Positions 34,455 through 47,173 are shown, counted from the whole stretch's first letter. The stretch: 61,503 nt of DNA, filler included, from an uncultured bacterium (GCA_964429075.1; 10 parts of 10 records of this genome joined end to end with filler, not necessarily neighbours in it), one strand, 5' to 3'. Notes: a model not told the origin generated them from the sequence alone. Program-made: numbers and translations.

Positions 34455-36260
34455 ATGAAGACCTATTTCAGACTTCTTGGTTATCTAAGACCCTATATCC
34501 ATCTTTTTATTTTTGCGCTTTTTTGTATGAGTATTCTTGCTGCAACAACCGGTATTTATGCATACATGGTAGGGCCACTTGTGCGTTATATCTTTGTTGG
34601 CGGTCAGACTGGATTTGAAATACTTGGCAAATTTGGAACCTATTTTTTAAAACTAAATCCAGATCGCGAGACAATAAAAATAATATTACCAATTGCCATA
34701 GTTATTGTTGCCTTTATAAGAGGTATGTCGTACTTTGGACAGCTTTATATAATGGGTCTCATAGGGCAGCGAATTTCAAGGGACATCAGGATAGCTCTCT
34801 TTGAAAAGATAATAAAATTCGATATCAAAACCTTTGATAGATTCAAGATTGGAGATCTTATCTCTCGATGCACAAACGATACAAAGATGTTGGAGCAGGC
34901 AGTCACATTTGCAACTGGAGTTCTTATCAGAGATTCACTGCAGGTAATTGTACTGGTGGGGCTCACCTTTTATCTTGATTTTAAACTTGCCTCTATCTTT
35001 TTTCTCGTTGTACCAACTGCAATTTATCCAATCTATAGATTCAGTAAGATGGTAAGAGAAAGGAGTCAGAGTGCTCAAAGTGACATTGGGAGAATGACCA
35101 ACTTTCTACAGGAAAAAATCCCAAATATAAGGATTGTAAAGACATTCCTGATGGAAGAAATAGAAAAAGAGCGCTTTAAAAATATCAACAACGATTACTA
35201 CAGAGTATATACCAAGATGTTAAAATCTATGGGTGGTTTTACACCGGTTATGGAAACGCTTGGTGCGATCGCCCTTGCCGGTGTTATTATCTATGCCACA
35301 AAGATGGTATCAACAGGCAGGCTCGATCCAGCACACTTTATTTCCTTCTTTGCAACTGTTATGATCCTCTATCAACCTCTAAAATCCTTTGGCAACCTTA
35401 ACAACATACTGCAACCGGGTATCGCATCTGCAAACAGAATCTTTGAGGTGCTGGATACACCCAACAGACTTGAGACTTTCTGCCTTAGAAGAGATCAACA
35501 AAAGATAAGACCATTACAACTCAAAGACTCTATAGAATTTAGAGATGTCTTTTTCTCTTACAGCAATCACACTGTCCTTAAGGGGATAAATCTCAAGATA
35601 CAGGCAGGACAGAAGATAGCACTCGTTGGCAAAAGCGGTCAGGGCAAGAGCACCCTTGTCTCCCTTCTTCCAAGGTTTTATGATCCAGATAGTGGATCCA
35701 TAACAATAGATGGTAAGGATATCCGAAAAATAGATCTATCTGTGTTGAGGGCATCTATTGCGATAGTTCCTCAAAATCCAGTAATATTCAACACAACTGT
35801 CCTTGACAATGTTGCATATACACCCCATCCTGTTGATAAGGATCGAGTTATTTATGCCCTCAAAAAGGCTTATGCACTGGATTTTGTAAAAAGGATGTCC
35901 AATGGGATATACACTGTTATTGGTAGTGAAAATCATGACATATCAGGTGGTGAAAAACAGAGGATTGCAATTGCAAGGGCAATCTATAAGGATGCACCAA
36001 TAATTATATTAGATGAGGCAACAAGCTCCTTAGACTCCTCATCTGAATCAAAAATAAAGGAGGCCCTTGAATACCTTCTAAAAAGCAGGACTGCCCTTAT
36101 AATAGCTCATCGATTGTCTACAATATACGACTGCGATTATATTGTTGTTATAGACGATGGTAAGATCGTTGCGACAGGTACGCATGATGAGCTTATCAAA
36201 AGATCCACGATATATGAGGACTTTTACAGACAACAAATAATCCCTGGATATGAAGGATAA
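34455..36260 (+). CDS. MsbA-like ABC exporter (TMD plus NBD)
   Basis: Multi-TM N-terminal domain, Walker A GKSGQGKS, ISGGEKQRIAIARA, LDEATSSLD, IAHRLST. Confidence 0.9.
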   Translation: MKTYFRLLGYLRPYIHLFIFALFCMSILAATTGIYAYMVGPLVRYIFVGGQTGFEILGKFGTYFLKLNPDRETIKIILPIAIVIVAFIRGMSYFGQLYIMGLIGQRISRDIRIALFEKIIKFDIKTFDRFKIGDLISRCTNDTKMLEQAVTFATGVLIRDSLQVIVLVGLTFYLDFKLASIFFLVVPTAIYPIYRFSKMVRERSQSAQSDIGRMTNFLQEKIPNIRIVKTFLMEEIEKERFKNINNDYYRVYTKMLKSMGGFTPVMETLGAIALAGVIIYATKMVSTGRLDPAHFISFFATVMILYQPLKSFGNLNNILQPGIASANRIFEVLDTPNRLETFCLRRDQQKIRPLQLKDSIEFRDVFFSYSNHTVLKGINLKIQAGQKIALVGKSGQGKSTLVSLLPRFYDPDSGSITIDGKDIRKIDLSVLRASIAIVPQNPVIFNTTVLDNVAYTPHPVDKDRVIYALKKAYALDFVKRMSNGIYTVIGSENHDISGGEKQRIAIARAIYKDAPIIILDEATSSLDSSSESKIKEALEYLLKSRTALIIAHRLSTIYDCDYIVVIDDGKIVATGTHDELIKRSTIYEDFYRQQIIPGYEG

Positions 36261-37278
36261 AGATTACAGCCTTCTTGATAGGGTCAGAAAGACCATTCTC
36301 AGTATTTGTAATATAAAACAAAAGACCCTTATCGCTGCAGTCTCAGGCGGTCCAGACTCTATGGCAATGCTTGATATCTTACAAAGACTATCAACACAAA
36401 TGGATTTTGATCTACTCTGTGCTACAGTAAGACACCACTTAAGGAGTAACGATAAAACCGATGCAGATCTTGTTGCACAATTCTGTAAAAAGAAAAAGAT
36501 CAAGCATCATATCCTGCACGTTGATGTTATGTCATATTGTAAAAAAAGAGGGGTATCAAAAGAAGAAGCTGCTCGAGAGCTGAGATACGAGATGCTCAAA
36601 CAACTTCTCAAAGAAAAAGATGCCCACCTTATTGCAACAGCTCACACAATTGACGATCAGGCTGAAACGGTTCTTTTACGACTTTTTAAGGGAACAGGTA
36701 TCAGAGGATTGAGAGGCATATTGCCACTGAGAGAAGATAGAATAATAAGGCCGATGATACGTTGCAGAAAATACGAGCTTTTGACATATATTTCAGACCA
36801 TAAGATTCCCTACATAAATGATCCAACAAACGATGATCTTTTGATTGAACGAAATAGAATAAGACACAAAATAATGCCTGTAATAGTAGAGTGTTTTGGT
36901 GAATATGCAATAGAAAATATTGCACGGACGTCAGAACACTTTTTGGATGTAACCCAATTTCTTGAAGATATATTTTTCGATATTCAAAAGAGATATATTA
37001 AAAAGGATCTTACCTCGAAACTCCCTCTAAGGATCCCTCTTAAAATTTTTGAAGAGCTCTCAGAGAGTCTATGGATAGAGTTTCTTATCTTTATATTTTC
37101 AAAAGCCTTAGAAGGACCAAGAAGGCCTCGAGAAGTACATCTTAACTCGGTTATCAAGCTTATAAAAGATAGAAAAGAATTGAAGACTGTCCATCTACCT
37201 GGTGATCTTGAGGCAAAGATCGACAGAAACTGTCTATTGATACAGGATAGGGGACTTAACAGAATTATTCGCCAATAA
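36250..37278 (+). CDS. tilS: tRNA(Ile)-lysidine synthetase (short form)
   Basis: AVSGGPDS, EEAARELRY, TAHT.DDQAET, IRP, DPTN, RNRIR. Confidence 0.94.
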   Translation: MKDKDYSLLDRVRKTILSICNIKQKTLIAAVSGGPDSMAMLDILQRLSTQMDFDLLCATVRHHLRSNDKTDADLVAQFCKKKKIKHHILHVDVMSYCKKRGVSKEEAARELRYEMLKQLLKEKDAHLIATAHTIDDQAETVLLRLFKGTGIRGLRGILPLREDRIIRPMIRCRKYELLTYISDHKIPYINDPTNDDLLIERNRIRHKIMPVIVECFGEYAIENIARTSEHFLDVTQFLEDIFFDIQKRYIKKDLTSKLPLRIPLKIFEELSESLWIEFLIFIFSKALEGPRRPREVHLNSVIKLIKDRKELKTVHLPGDLEAKIDRNCLLIQDRGLNRIIRQ

Positions 37279-37382
37279 TCTNNNNNNNNNNNNNNNNNNN
37301 NNNNNNNNNNNNNNNNNNNNNNNNNTTAATTAATTAANNNNNNNNNNNNNNNNNNNNNNNNNNNNNNNNNNNNNNNNNNNNA

Positions 37383-40300
37383 CCAACTCCAACTATTGTT
37401 ATTTCAGAACCAAGAGGAAAAGATCAAAGGGCAACACCATACTCTATTGAAGACGATAAAGACCTTACCAAACCCAATATACAGACAAAATTGGTAATAT
37501 ATACCACCAACGTGGAAGATGGTCAGGAGGTGAGTGTCACAAATTCCCTTGATCCAGACAAAAATGTATTAAAGATAAAGGTCTCCAATAACAGAGCTGT
37601 TTATGATGAGTTTACTCTTTATGATGGTGATAACCAGATAACGGCAACTGTTACCAATAAGGCTGGAAAGAGTGCGACTGCAAGAAAGACTGTTGCAGCA
37701 GAGGTGGTCAGCAAAAAATGCTATTTTGTGGCTCCACAGCATGGTCTTACATATAGAAATTCTGATGACATGGATCCTGATAAAGATGGTTTTCAGTATG
37801 ATGTGAAAATTAGATGTGTTGGTGTTGGTACTGCTACAGTCGCCTATCTTGCAATAAACAACGGAACACCCATTGAGTCTTCCCTGCTGGATGGTGAGGC
37901 TACCTTTAAGGATGTAACACTCCCGGAGGGTGATGTAATACTTACTGCATGGGTATATGTGGATGATATCGAGGATGATGATCATAAAGTACTTGCACAG
38001 ATACAGATAACAATAGATACCGGACGTTGTATTGCAGAGCTCGATCCGCCAGATGGTAGTATTCTTCTTGCAAATGATGATGAAGATCCTGCCACCGATG
38101 GCCTGCAAAAGACAATAACCTTTACAACTACCTGTGCAGATGAGAGTACTGTAACCCTAACTGTAAAAGACATAAGTGGCAATGAAGAGAATTATCAGGG
38201 GACAGTCACAGGAGGTAAGAGTGAATTTTTTGTAACCCTCCCTGAGGGTACTGTGAAACTACAAGCAACGGTTACAGAGACAAACACTCAACAACCAAAG
38301 AGTGGTAGCACAATAGAGTATACCTATACAGTAGACTCTATTCCACCTCAGATCACAATTGATACTCCAGAAGATGGTGCATTTCTGACACAGGCTGATG
38401 ACAAAGATCCTTCAGCAAATGGATTACAGATTGATGTGACAGGTAGCTTTGTAGATGTGCCGGATGCAAATCATCTGACATTGCATCTCATAGATAGGTC
38501 AACAGAAGATGAGGTAACCTATACCCCTGCTAATCTGTTTGATGATCAGAATGGGACCTACAGCTTCAGGGTCACTCTAAGTACCGGTCAATACAGGATA
38601 GTAGTTGTTGCAATGGATGCAAACGGTAATACAGCAAATTCAAATTCAGTTGATGTTGATGTGGATATAGAAGAGCCTACAATAAGCTTTTTGAATATTG
38701 AAGATGGCAAGACCCTTACAGCAATCGATGATGAAGACTCAAATACATCAGGTCTACAGTTTACTATAAAGGTAAAGACGGAGCACGTTACAGAGGGTAC
38801 AGAGGGAGTTATACATATTTTTAATGTGGCAGATTTTACTTTTAATGTTGATGCAAATGGAGAGGGTCAGGTTCAGGTCACCCTCGGAGATGGCCAGTAC
38901 ACTCTTCAGGCTGAAATAACAAACGATGCCGGTCAGACTGCCCAGACTTCGATTATTACAATATCCGTGGATACAGTATCACCCTCATTGATGTTTGCGT
39001 CTCCAAAGAATGGTGAGTTCTTAAATCAAAATTCCATAACTGTAGAGATTCTGACAGTTGATATAGAAGATGGTCAGAATGTACATATTGTTGTAAATCA
39101 GACTGATAGTTACGATGCACCAGTTCAGAATGGCTGGGCTGTATTTAACAATGTACAACTAACAGAGGGTTCTAATACTATTATTGCAACTGCAACAGAT
39201 CAGTCTGGCAACCAGGCAGTGCCTGAACAGATTGCTGTTGTGCTCGATACAATTGCTCCACAGCTAACCTTTATTGCTCCACTTGATGGCTCAACTCTAA
39301 CTGCAACAGATGATGCCGATCCGGGTACAGCGGGTCTCCAGTATCAGGTGATTGTATCTTTGGACTCCGAACTCCTTGGTACTGAAGTAAGTCTCTCAAT
39401 AGATAATCATGAACCCATAATAAGCCAGACCCAGTCTTACAATGAAACAAAGGCCGCCATCTTTACTACAACCCTGCCAGAAGGCACATCAACAATAGTT
39501 GCAACATCTACAGATCAGGCCGGAAATACAGGCCAGACACAGATATCAGTCACAGTATCAACAGGGGTTCCCTATGTGAAAATTACAGATCCTGTAGATG
39601 GAACCCATCTAAATGAATCTGCAGATATAGACAATCAGACCCCTGGCGTACAGATAAATATGACTGTAGAGAGCGATGCAGGGGAAGGTAATGGGTGTGA
39701 CATAGTGGTAAATCGATATACCCCTTATGAAACCCATCTGGCCGGGAATCTTGATCAGAATGGTAGGGTGAGTTTTACAGTAACGTTAAAGGAAGGTAAA
39801 AACACTCTGGATGCAAAGTGTACAGATGGCTTGGGTAACACTGGAGAGGCCTTGATAACAAAGGTTTATCTCGATTCGCAGGCACCAGTTTTGAGTTTTG
39901 TTGATCCTGATCCAAATAATCCTGTAATCAACCTTGATGATATCGATGTAAGTCCTGAGGCAGGCTTTCAGATAGATGTGACAGTAAGTGCCGACAATAT
40001 TGAAGATGGTACAACTGCCCAGCTATCTATTCAGGGAGCTGTTAATGGAAACTACACTGCCACATTTTCTTCCAATCAGGCAATCTTTAAAAATGTAACT
40101 GTCTCGGATCAGGCCTATCCAGCATCAGATCAGGTAACTCTTACGGTATCTGCCAAGGATGCTGCAGGCAATAGTGCACAACCTGTATCCATCAACCTTA
40201 AGATAGATAGGGTAGTCCCTGTTGTTAATGTAGAATATCCAGATTCTCAAAATTTGGGTCTTAATTACGATGAATCAGCCCTCCCTGGCCTTCAGGTATC

Positions 40301-43300
40301 TTTTGATGTGTCTGTTGTTGACGATGGTGGCGTTCTTGCAGGTTCTCAGGTCAAGATGGTTTTAAATGGAGATGAACAGAATCCATACTATGCAATCATA
40401 ACTGCCAATCAAAAGGCATCTTTTAGTGCCGTTACCCTGAATGAGGGTCAGAATACGGTGCAGTTTTATGTAACAGATAGTGCTAACAACGATGGTGGAA
40501 GTGGGATACTTTACTTTAATGTGGATACAACAGCACCAGAGTTAGAACTCTATGATAAAAATGGTAGATTTCTGGAGGCACCAAACAGCTATGTAATGAA
40601 CAGTACGTATGATACCTCCAGCGATCCAGGTTTTCAGACAGATTTTATAATAGTAGCAAGGGGATTAAAGAATAATTCTATAATATCCCTCTGTTCCGAT
40701 GTTCCCAATGGGGGGACAGAAAAATGTCTAAATGGTACAGATTACAAGATTGCATCTACTATAGTGACAGTTGTACAGGGATANNNNNNNNNNTTATTCT
40801 TCTGGGACATTTGTTGCTGTACCTTTTGCAGAAGGCGTACATCATATATACATAGAAGCCACTGACGATTTTGGGAACACAAGCAATAATAAAGATGATC
40901 AGGGTAATCCAATTACCTTAACTATTGATAGTCAACCTCCTGTTGTACAGAGTATAAATATAACATCAAACTCAACAGACAACGACACACAGCAGACAAT
41001 ATATCTCGGTATCTCAGAGGATCAGGATCAGCAGAAAAACGATTTCCAGAGCGATATAGAGGCAATAATCGATGGAGCAGAGGATGGCAGGGTTGCCATA
41101 CTTTACAAACAGGAGGGATCCAGCAGTGTACAACTGGGTTCTGCACAGGTGCAGGGGGGGAGTGTATTGTTTAGTTCTGTTGATCTTCCCGAAGGCATCT
41201 ACAAACTCACTGTCGGAATAAGTGACGAAGCAGGTAACCAGAACGATCCACTACAGGGTGCGATCAACCTTTTTGTTGATATTACTGCTCCAACTATTTT
41301 CATACAGTCTCCAACTGATAATCTACTTACTCAGAGAGATGGTAGCAATGATCAACAGAACAGACTCCTTGTTGATTTCACTGTAGATGGTCTAAATGAC
41401 AACAACAGTCTGGAGGGACAGAAAGTATTACTCACTGATGGCATTACAACGGCAGAGCAGACAATTACACAACATACTGGAAATACTATTGACTTTCAGG
41501 ATTTTCCTCTGAATCAAGGACAGGTTTCAGTAACAGCAACTGTAACTGATAAAGTCGGGAACACAGCTTCAGATACAAAGGACTATGATGTCGATTCAAT
41601 CGCACCATCTGTTACTATAGATCAGCCCGCTGGTACAACTGAACAGAGCCCGAAGATCTTTACAATATCTGATGACATAAATAATGATGTAAGTGATGGG
41701 CTTTTAGATACAAACAGTTTCTATATAAGCTTAAGTGGTGTGGATTCTGTCACAGATCTATGGTTTGAATACTCTACAGATGGTCAGACCTACAATATCC
41801 TTACAACGCCTGGTGTTGTTCAGTTTAGTCAGGATGTCACTAATTACAATATTTCTGATGTAGGATTACCTAAGGGAACCTACAGAGTAAGGGCAGTTAC
41901 AAAGGACAACACAGGTGAAAACTATTCCTATTCAAATGATGTATTTGTAGATGTTGTTATAGATGTGCCAACTGTATCTGTATTAAAAGGTGCAGGTTCA
42001 ACTGCTGGTCAGCAGATTAAAGATGAGGATGTCTTGCTTTCTGATGCAGATACTGATCCAACGCAGAATTCTTACAAAACCACTATTGTAATCTCAACAG
42101 ATGCACAGGATGGTGATCTTGCAAAGCTAACCATAAACGAAGGGACTCAGTATCAGGTAGTTCTCACACAGAGTGTATTGTCTGGCAAAGCTACTTTCAA
42201 CGATGTCAGTTTCCAGCTCTATCCATACCAGAATACTATAAAGGCACAGGTGACGAACAATGGTGGTCAGGGCAATACAGCCACTGTGGTCTTAAATACG
42301 GTTTACGCCTATGAAACAGATCCAGCTATAACTTTTACAAATCCACAACCGGTCCAGGGTAGAGATGCAACCTATACCCTGTCTGACGATGCAGATGGGA
42401 GCCGTACAAACGGTAAGATGAAATTCAAGCAGGGGCAATACATCTCTGTTTCCACTCAGGGGATACCCGATGGAAAGAGTGTTACCCTTTCATGCAGTAT
42501 AAATGGTTCACCTGTTATCCTGACAGGGAATACCGCACAGGTTCAGGGTGGTGTTGCTCAGTTTGTTGATCTTGAACTTGCAACATCTGCATATGAATAC
42601 GACTGTTCTGCAACGGTCGATTTTACACAAAACTACACTGTCACAAGTAGTGAAAACATTCAGATATTTGTGGATGTAACGCCACCAAACGATGTAACAG
42701 TTACAGCGTGCAATGGTACTAAGCAGTCTGATCTGACATCAGAATGGCTTGGTGTCGTCAATCAAAATGATGTCACAGTAGATCCTACAGCTTGCGCTGC
42801 TATTTGTGACGATGGCAACGGGGGGATAGATCCTTCCAAGTGTTCAAGAAGAGATGGGAAGGTGACACTATTCTGGTCAGCGCCCGGGGATAATCAGGAT
42901 GTGGGAAATTCAATTACAGAATATACTGTATACTGGAAGGCCACAACGCAGACGGACTGTGCATCTGTGGATTATACAGATGCAAACACAGAGGTCTTCA
43001 GTTCGGGGATTGTTCAGCCCGGGCAGACTCAGGTATATACAATAAATGCTGTTTTACCGCTCAACTCTACAGGTGAGGCCTACTGTTTTGCTGTTGTGGC
43101 AAAGGATGCAGTTGGTAACGAATCACTTATAACATCTGGTTACAGACTCTCTATGCCCTTTATTATAGACAAAGTTGCCATCGGAGAGGGCGGGGGTGCT
43201 TTTGGTTTTTATGGAACTGCAAATGGCGACTTTGATAATGATGGATATAAAGATTTTGTGACTTCAGATCCTTATTTATCAAATCCCAAAATTTATATTT

Positions 43301-43379
43301 ATTTGAGTTCTGGTGGTTCAACAAGTATTGTATCTTCTAACACATACTATGGTTATGATATTACCACATTAGATTATAA
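37383..43379 (+). CDS. Giant Ig-like repeat surface protein with C-terminal FnIII and FG-GAP repeats; one gene across the 10-N gap at 40784-40793; truncated at both ends
   Basis: Repeated D...P.(I/L).(I/F)..P.DG, L.EG.....A...D.AGN; DD.D....G(L/F)Q motif; FnIII (VTLFWSAPGD...YCFAVVAKDAVGNES); GDFDNDGYKDF; removing the gap joins the frames (QGYYSSG). Confidence 0.85.
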
Positions 43380-43480
43380 NNNNNNNNNNNNNNNNNNNNN
43401 NNNNNNNNNNNNNNNNNNNNNNNTTAATTAATTAANNNNNNNNNNNNNNNNNNNNNNNNNNNNNNNNNNNNNNNNNNNNA

Positions 43481-43918
43481 TCTAATATAAGAAATGAACT
43501 AATAGGATTCATCTTCCAGGATTTTTATCTCATCGAATACATTACAGTATTAGAAAATATCATCCTCCCTACTATCTATAGCAGAAAAGCAGTATATGAT
43601 CCAGAGAAGAGAGCTGTTGAGCTATTGGGACTCGTAGGTCTTGAGGATAGAAAACATTTCAGACCCCCTGAACTCTCTGGGGGACAGAAACAGAGGACAG
43701 CCATAGCTCGGGCACTCATAAATGATCCTGCCATTATACTCTGTGATGAACCCACTGGTCAGTTAGATAGTAAAACAGCTAAAGAGATCATGAATATGTT
43801 AGTTGAGCTCAATAGAAGAGGTAAAACCATTGTGCTAATAACCCATGACATAAACATAGCAGCATATGCTAAAAAGACATTATATATAGAAGATGGCTTG
43901 CTTAGTGGTGATCTATGA
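43481..43918 (+). CDS. ABC transporter ATP-binding protein (LolD/MacB-like), 5'-truncated
   Basis: IRNELIGFIFQDFYLI in the upstream frame; ELSGGQKQR, LCDEPTGQLD, ITHD. Confidence 0.9.
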   Translation, partial: SNIRNELIGFIFQDFYLIEYITVLENIILPTIYSRKAVYDPEKRAVELLGLVGLEDRKHFRPPELSGGQKQRTAIARALINDPAIILCDEPTGQLDSKTAKEIMNMLVELNRRGKTIVLITHDINIAAYAKKTLYIEDGLLSGDL

Positions 43919-44644
43919 TGTAGCGATTACTTCACTCCCAAAATAATATGTTTCAAGTGTTTTTGTATCTCTTATATATTGTTCAGGAGTTGAGGATTCA
44001 TGTACCAGGCGACCATTCACCAAAACAACAACTTTTGTTGCCCATGGCAGTGAAAGTTTAAGATTATGTTCAACAATACAGACAGCCTTTATTCCAAGAA
44101 GCTTTTGAGCATCTTCGATATATCTTATTATCTGAGAGGCAGCCTTTGGTGCAAGACCTGCTGATGGTTCATCAAGAAAAAGCACTACAGGCTGTTTCAT
44201 CAATATCATACCTATAGCCAGTGCCTGTCTTTCACCACCAGAGAGCAATCCTGCTCTTATTGAGAGTTTATCGTTTAAAAAGTTAAATATCTCAAGAATC
44301 GCATCTTTTCTTTTTGCCAATCTTCTACCCTTTAAAGGATAACCTCCAAGAATAAGGTTTTCATCTACTGTTAAGCCAGGCACTATATTTTCTGACTGAA
44401 GGAGGAAACCTATTCCTTTTAGCGTTCTTTTTTCTGTTGGCAAATGCGTAATATCTACTCCATTCAAGTAGATAGCTCCCTTTGATAGATTATGAATTCC
44501 AATTATTACCTTCAAAAGGGTAGATTTCCCGGCACCATTTGGTCCAATAAGGAGGACCCTTTCACCTTCTCCTATCTTCAATGATGTTCCAAAAAGTATC
44601 TGCTTCTTACCATAAAAGGCTTTTATATCTTTTGCCTCAATCAT
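43913..44644 (-). CDS. livF: Branched-chain amino acid-type ABC ATPase (LivF-like)
   Basis: GPNGAGKST, LTV.ENL, AG.LSGGERQ, LDEPSAGLAP, VEHN. Confidence 0.82.
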   Translation of the reverse strand: MIEAKDIKAFYGKKQILFGTSLKIGEGERVLLIGPNGAGKSTLLKVIIGIHNLSKGAIYLNGVDITHLPTEKRTLKGIGFLLQSENIVPGLTVDENLILGGYPLKGRRLAKRKDAILEIFNFLNDKLSIRAGLLSGGERQALAIGMILMKQPVVLFLDEPSAGLAPKAASQIIRYIEDAQKLLGIKAVCIVEHNLKLSLPWATKVVVLVNGRLVHESSTPEQYIRDTKTLETYYFGSEVIATS

Positions 44645-44664
44645 CTATTTTTTCCTCCATCCCA

Positions 44665-45429
44665 CTATAAACCCAGATATATCTCTTTCACTTCTTTATC
44701 ACCAAGCACATGATCAGTTCTGCCAAAAAAAGCGATACGGCCTTCATTCATAAAGTAAACCCAGTCTGCCACTTTTGTAACAGCACTCATGTTGTGTTCA
44801 ACAAGTATAATGGTTTTACTTTTATCTTCTTCCACAATCTTTTCCAATATCTTGAGTATCTTTTTAATCATAATAGGATTAAGTCCTGCTGTTGGCTCAT
44901 CAAGTAAAAGAAGGGAGAAGCCTCCCGCAAGAAGTCTTGCTATAGCAAGGAGTTTCTGTTGCCCATATGAAAGCTCCCCAGCAATTAAATCTGCCATGTT
45001 TGATAGTCCAACAAATTCAAGATATGAATAAACAGTATCTCTTATCTCTCTATTGATGTTCTTAAGAAGGCCACTTCTTATAAAAGGAAACCATGGGGAT
45101 TCCACCTTGTGGTTAAAATATGCAGATGCTACATTCTCAAAGACCTTAAGATTCTCAAAAACCCTTACATCCTGGAAGAGCCTTCCTACACCCTTTCTGG
45201 CTATCATATATGGTTTCAATGTTGTTATGTCTTCTCCATTATAAATAATCTTTCCACTGTCAGCACATAGCTCACCAGTGATCAAATGGAAAAGGGTGGT
45301 TTTACCTGCTCCATTAGGTCCAATTAATGCAGTTATCCTACCTGGTAGAAATATAGCTGTAACATTGTCTACAATTCTCAAGCCATTTAAAGCTTTACTG
45401 ATCTTTTTCAACATTAATCCACCCATCAC
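44665..45429 (-). CDS. livG: Branched-chain amino acid-type ABC ATPase (LivG-like)
   Basis: LIGPNGAGKTTLF, G..R.FQ..R.F, LSYGQQKLL, LDEPTAGL, VEHNM. Confidence 0.85.
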   Translation of the reverse strand: MMGGLMLKKISKALNGLRIVDNVTAIFLPGRITALIGPNGAGKTTLFHLITGELCADSGKIIYNGEDITTLKPYMIARKGVGRLFQDVRVFENLKVFENVASAYFNHKVESPWFPFIRSGLLKNINREIRDTVYSYLEFVGLSNMADLIAGELSYGQQKLLAIARLLAGGFSLLLLDEPTAGLNPIMIKKILKILEKIVEEDKSKTIILVEHNMSAVTKVADWVYFMNEGRIAFFGRTDHVLGDKEVKEIYLGL

Positions 45430-46295
45430 TTAACCCTATACTCCCCAGCTAATCCCTGTGGTCTTAAAAACATAAGCACAATCAATGTAAGTCCATAAAT
45501 CATTTGCCTTACGTTTGGTGCCACAGTATCAGGCAGTCCAAGAAACCTCAAAGCCTCTGGCAGTAGGAGCATGAAAACTGTTCCCACAAAGGGTCCAATT
45601 CTATTGCCTGCTCCACCTACAAGCAATATTGTAAGGAGAAAGATGCTTTCATCAAGTGTAAATGATGTAGGATCAATATATGTTACATATGTTGCATAAA
45701 GACTCCCTGCCAAAGATGCGAATAATGCTGAGATGACAAAGGCATAGAGAAACATATGCATAGGTGATTTACCAAGCCCCTCTGCAGCCATCTCATCATC
45801 CCTTAATGCCTTTAGTGCAAGGCCAAATGGTGCATGATAGAGAATAAAAAGCAATAAAATAGAAATGATCAGAACAACTCCGACGAGTATAAGATATTCT
45901 AAAAGAGATGAAATCTCATAACCAGCTACCACAGGTCTTGGAATGCCTGGTATGCCGTATGGTCCCCTTGTAAAGTCAACCCAGTTATAGAATATTGTAA
46001 AAAGGATCATCTGTATTCCAAGTGTAACAAGCACAAAAGAGTCCCCTCTAAATCTAAGAGCAGGGATTCCAATTAGAAAAGCTATTATACCAGTAATAAC
46101 CATACTTAGAAGCACAGAAGGGACAAAAGCCACACCAGCTTTTATCATCAGCAGCGTGCTTGCATATGCTCCTATACCATAAAACACAGCGTGGCATAGG
46201 GAGAGTAATCCACCAAAGCCAACTACAAGATTCAAGCCATAACTTAGAATTAGATAAATCCCTATCATTATCAAAAGATGAAGTATGTAATTCAT
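45426..46295 (-). CDS. livM: ABC permease (LivM-like)
   Basis: NLVVG..GLLSL.HA.FYGIGAY, LR.RGD.F..VTLG, T.GPYG, RPQGL. Confidence 0.85.
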   Translation of the reverse strand: MNYILHLLIMIGIYLILSYGLNLVVGFGGLLSLCHAVFYGIGAYASTLLMIKAGVAFVPSVLLSMVITGIIAFLIGIPALRFRGDSFVLVTLGIQMILFTIFYNWVDFTRGPYGIPGIPRPVVAGYEISSLLEYLILVGVVLIISILLLFILYHAPFGLALKALRDDEMAAEGLGKSPMHMFLYAFVISALFASLAGSLYATYVTYIDPTSFTLDESIFLLTILLVGGAGNRIGPFVGTVFMLLLPEALRFLGLPDTVAPNVRQMIYGLTLIVLMFLRPQGLAGEYRVK

Positions 46296-47173
46296 CTCTC
46301 TTCTCGCCTTTTCTTTGGTGAAAACAGCCCCTGTGGTCTAAACAGTAGTGTAGCAATTAGTATGCCGAATGTTATCAGATCATTCCATCTTGCAGAAAAC
46401 TGCCAGATAGCAATACTCTGAAGTATAGCTAAAATCAATGCTCCTCCAATCCATCCCCAGAACACATCAACTCCTCCTACAATCACTGCCACAGCACCTG
46501 TAAGAAGTGCCTGCATACCAGCGTGGGGATCAATTCCCACATCCAGAGAGGTGAGAATCGAGGCAGTACCCGCAAAAATTGAACTAAATATAAATACTAT
46601 GGTTCTCATAAGTTTATATGGAAGCCCTATGACCCGAACAAGTACAGGCCTTTCACCCATTGCCCAGATACCTTTTATTAGAGTATTTTTCCTTATACTC
46701 AACCAGAAAAAAAATACAAACATCCATCCTACTAAAAACTGTATAAGTTGCATTCTGGTGAACAATAAAGAACCTACTCTAAATGATGGTTCAACACCCC
46801 TTGACAGTATTTTAACCTCATTGCCAAAGAGTAGGGCTATAAGGTTTACAAAGAGGATGTATATACCAAGAGAGGCGATTAATAAGACGCCAGATGTTGC
46901 TCCTACTTTCTCAAGAGGGAAGTAAACAGTTTTATCCATCATCCAGCCTATGATAGCTGCAATAGTGATTCCAAAAACAATGGATACAGGCAATGGTATG
47001 CCATGAAACATAGTTACAGCTAACACAACATAGGTGGCTACTATATAAACAGCCCCAAAAGCGATATGAAAAAACCTCATAGAACGATAGACTAATCCAA
47101 ATCCAACAGCCAGTAAACTATAAATTGCAGCATTTACTATTGCATTAAGGAGAAGCTGTAATAAAAGTGTCAT
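46292..47173 (-). CDS. livH: ABC permease (LivH-like)
   Basis: IYSLLAVGFGLVY....FHIA.G, A.IVGG, LLFRPQGLF; ATGA overlaps on both sides. Confidence 0.85.
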   Translation of the reverse strand: MTLLLQLLLNAIVNAAIYSLLAVGFGLVYRSMRFFHIAFGAVYIVATYVVLAVTMFHGIPLPVSIVFGITIAAIIGWMMDKTVYFPLEKVGATSGVLLIASLGIYILFVNLIALLFGNEVKILSRGVEPSFRVGSLLFTRMQLIQFLVGWMFVFFFWLSIRKNTLIKGIWAMGERPVLVRVIGLPYKLMRTIVFIFSSIFAGTASILTSLDVGIDPHAGMQALLTGAVAVIVGGVDVFWGWIGGALILAILQSIAIWQFSARWNDLITFGILIATLLFRPQGLFSPKKRREER

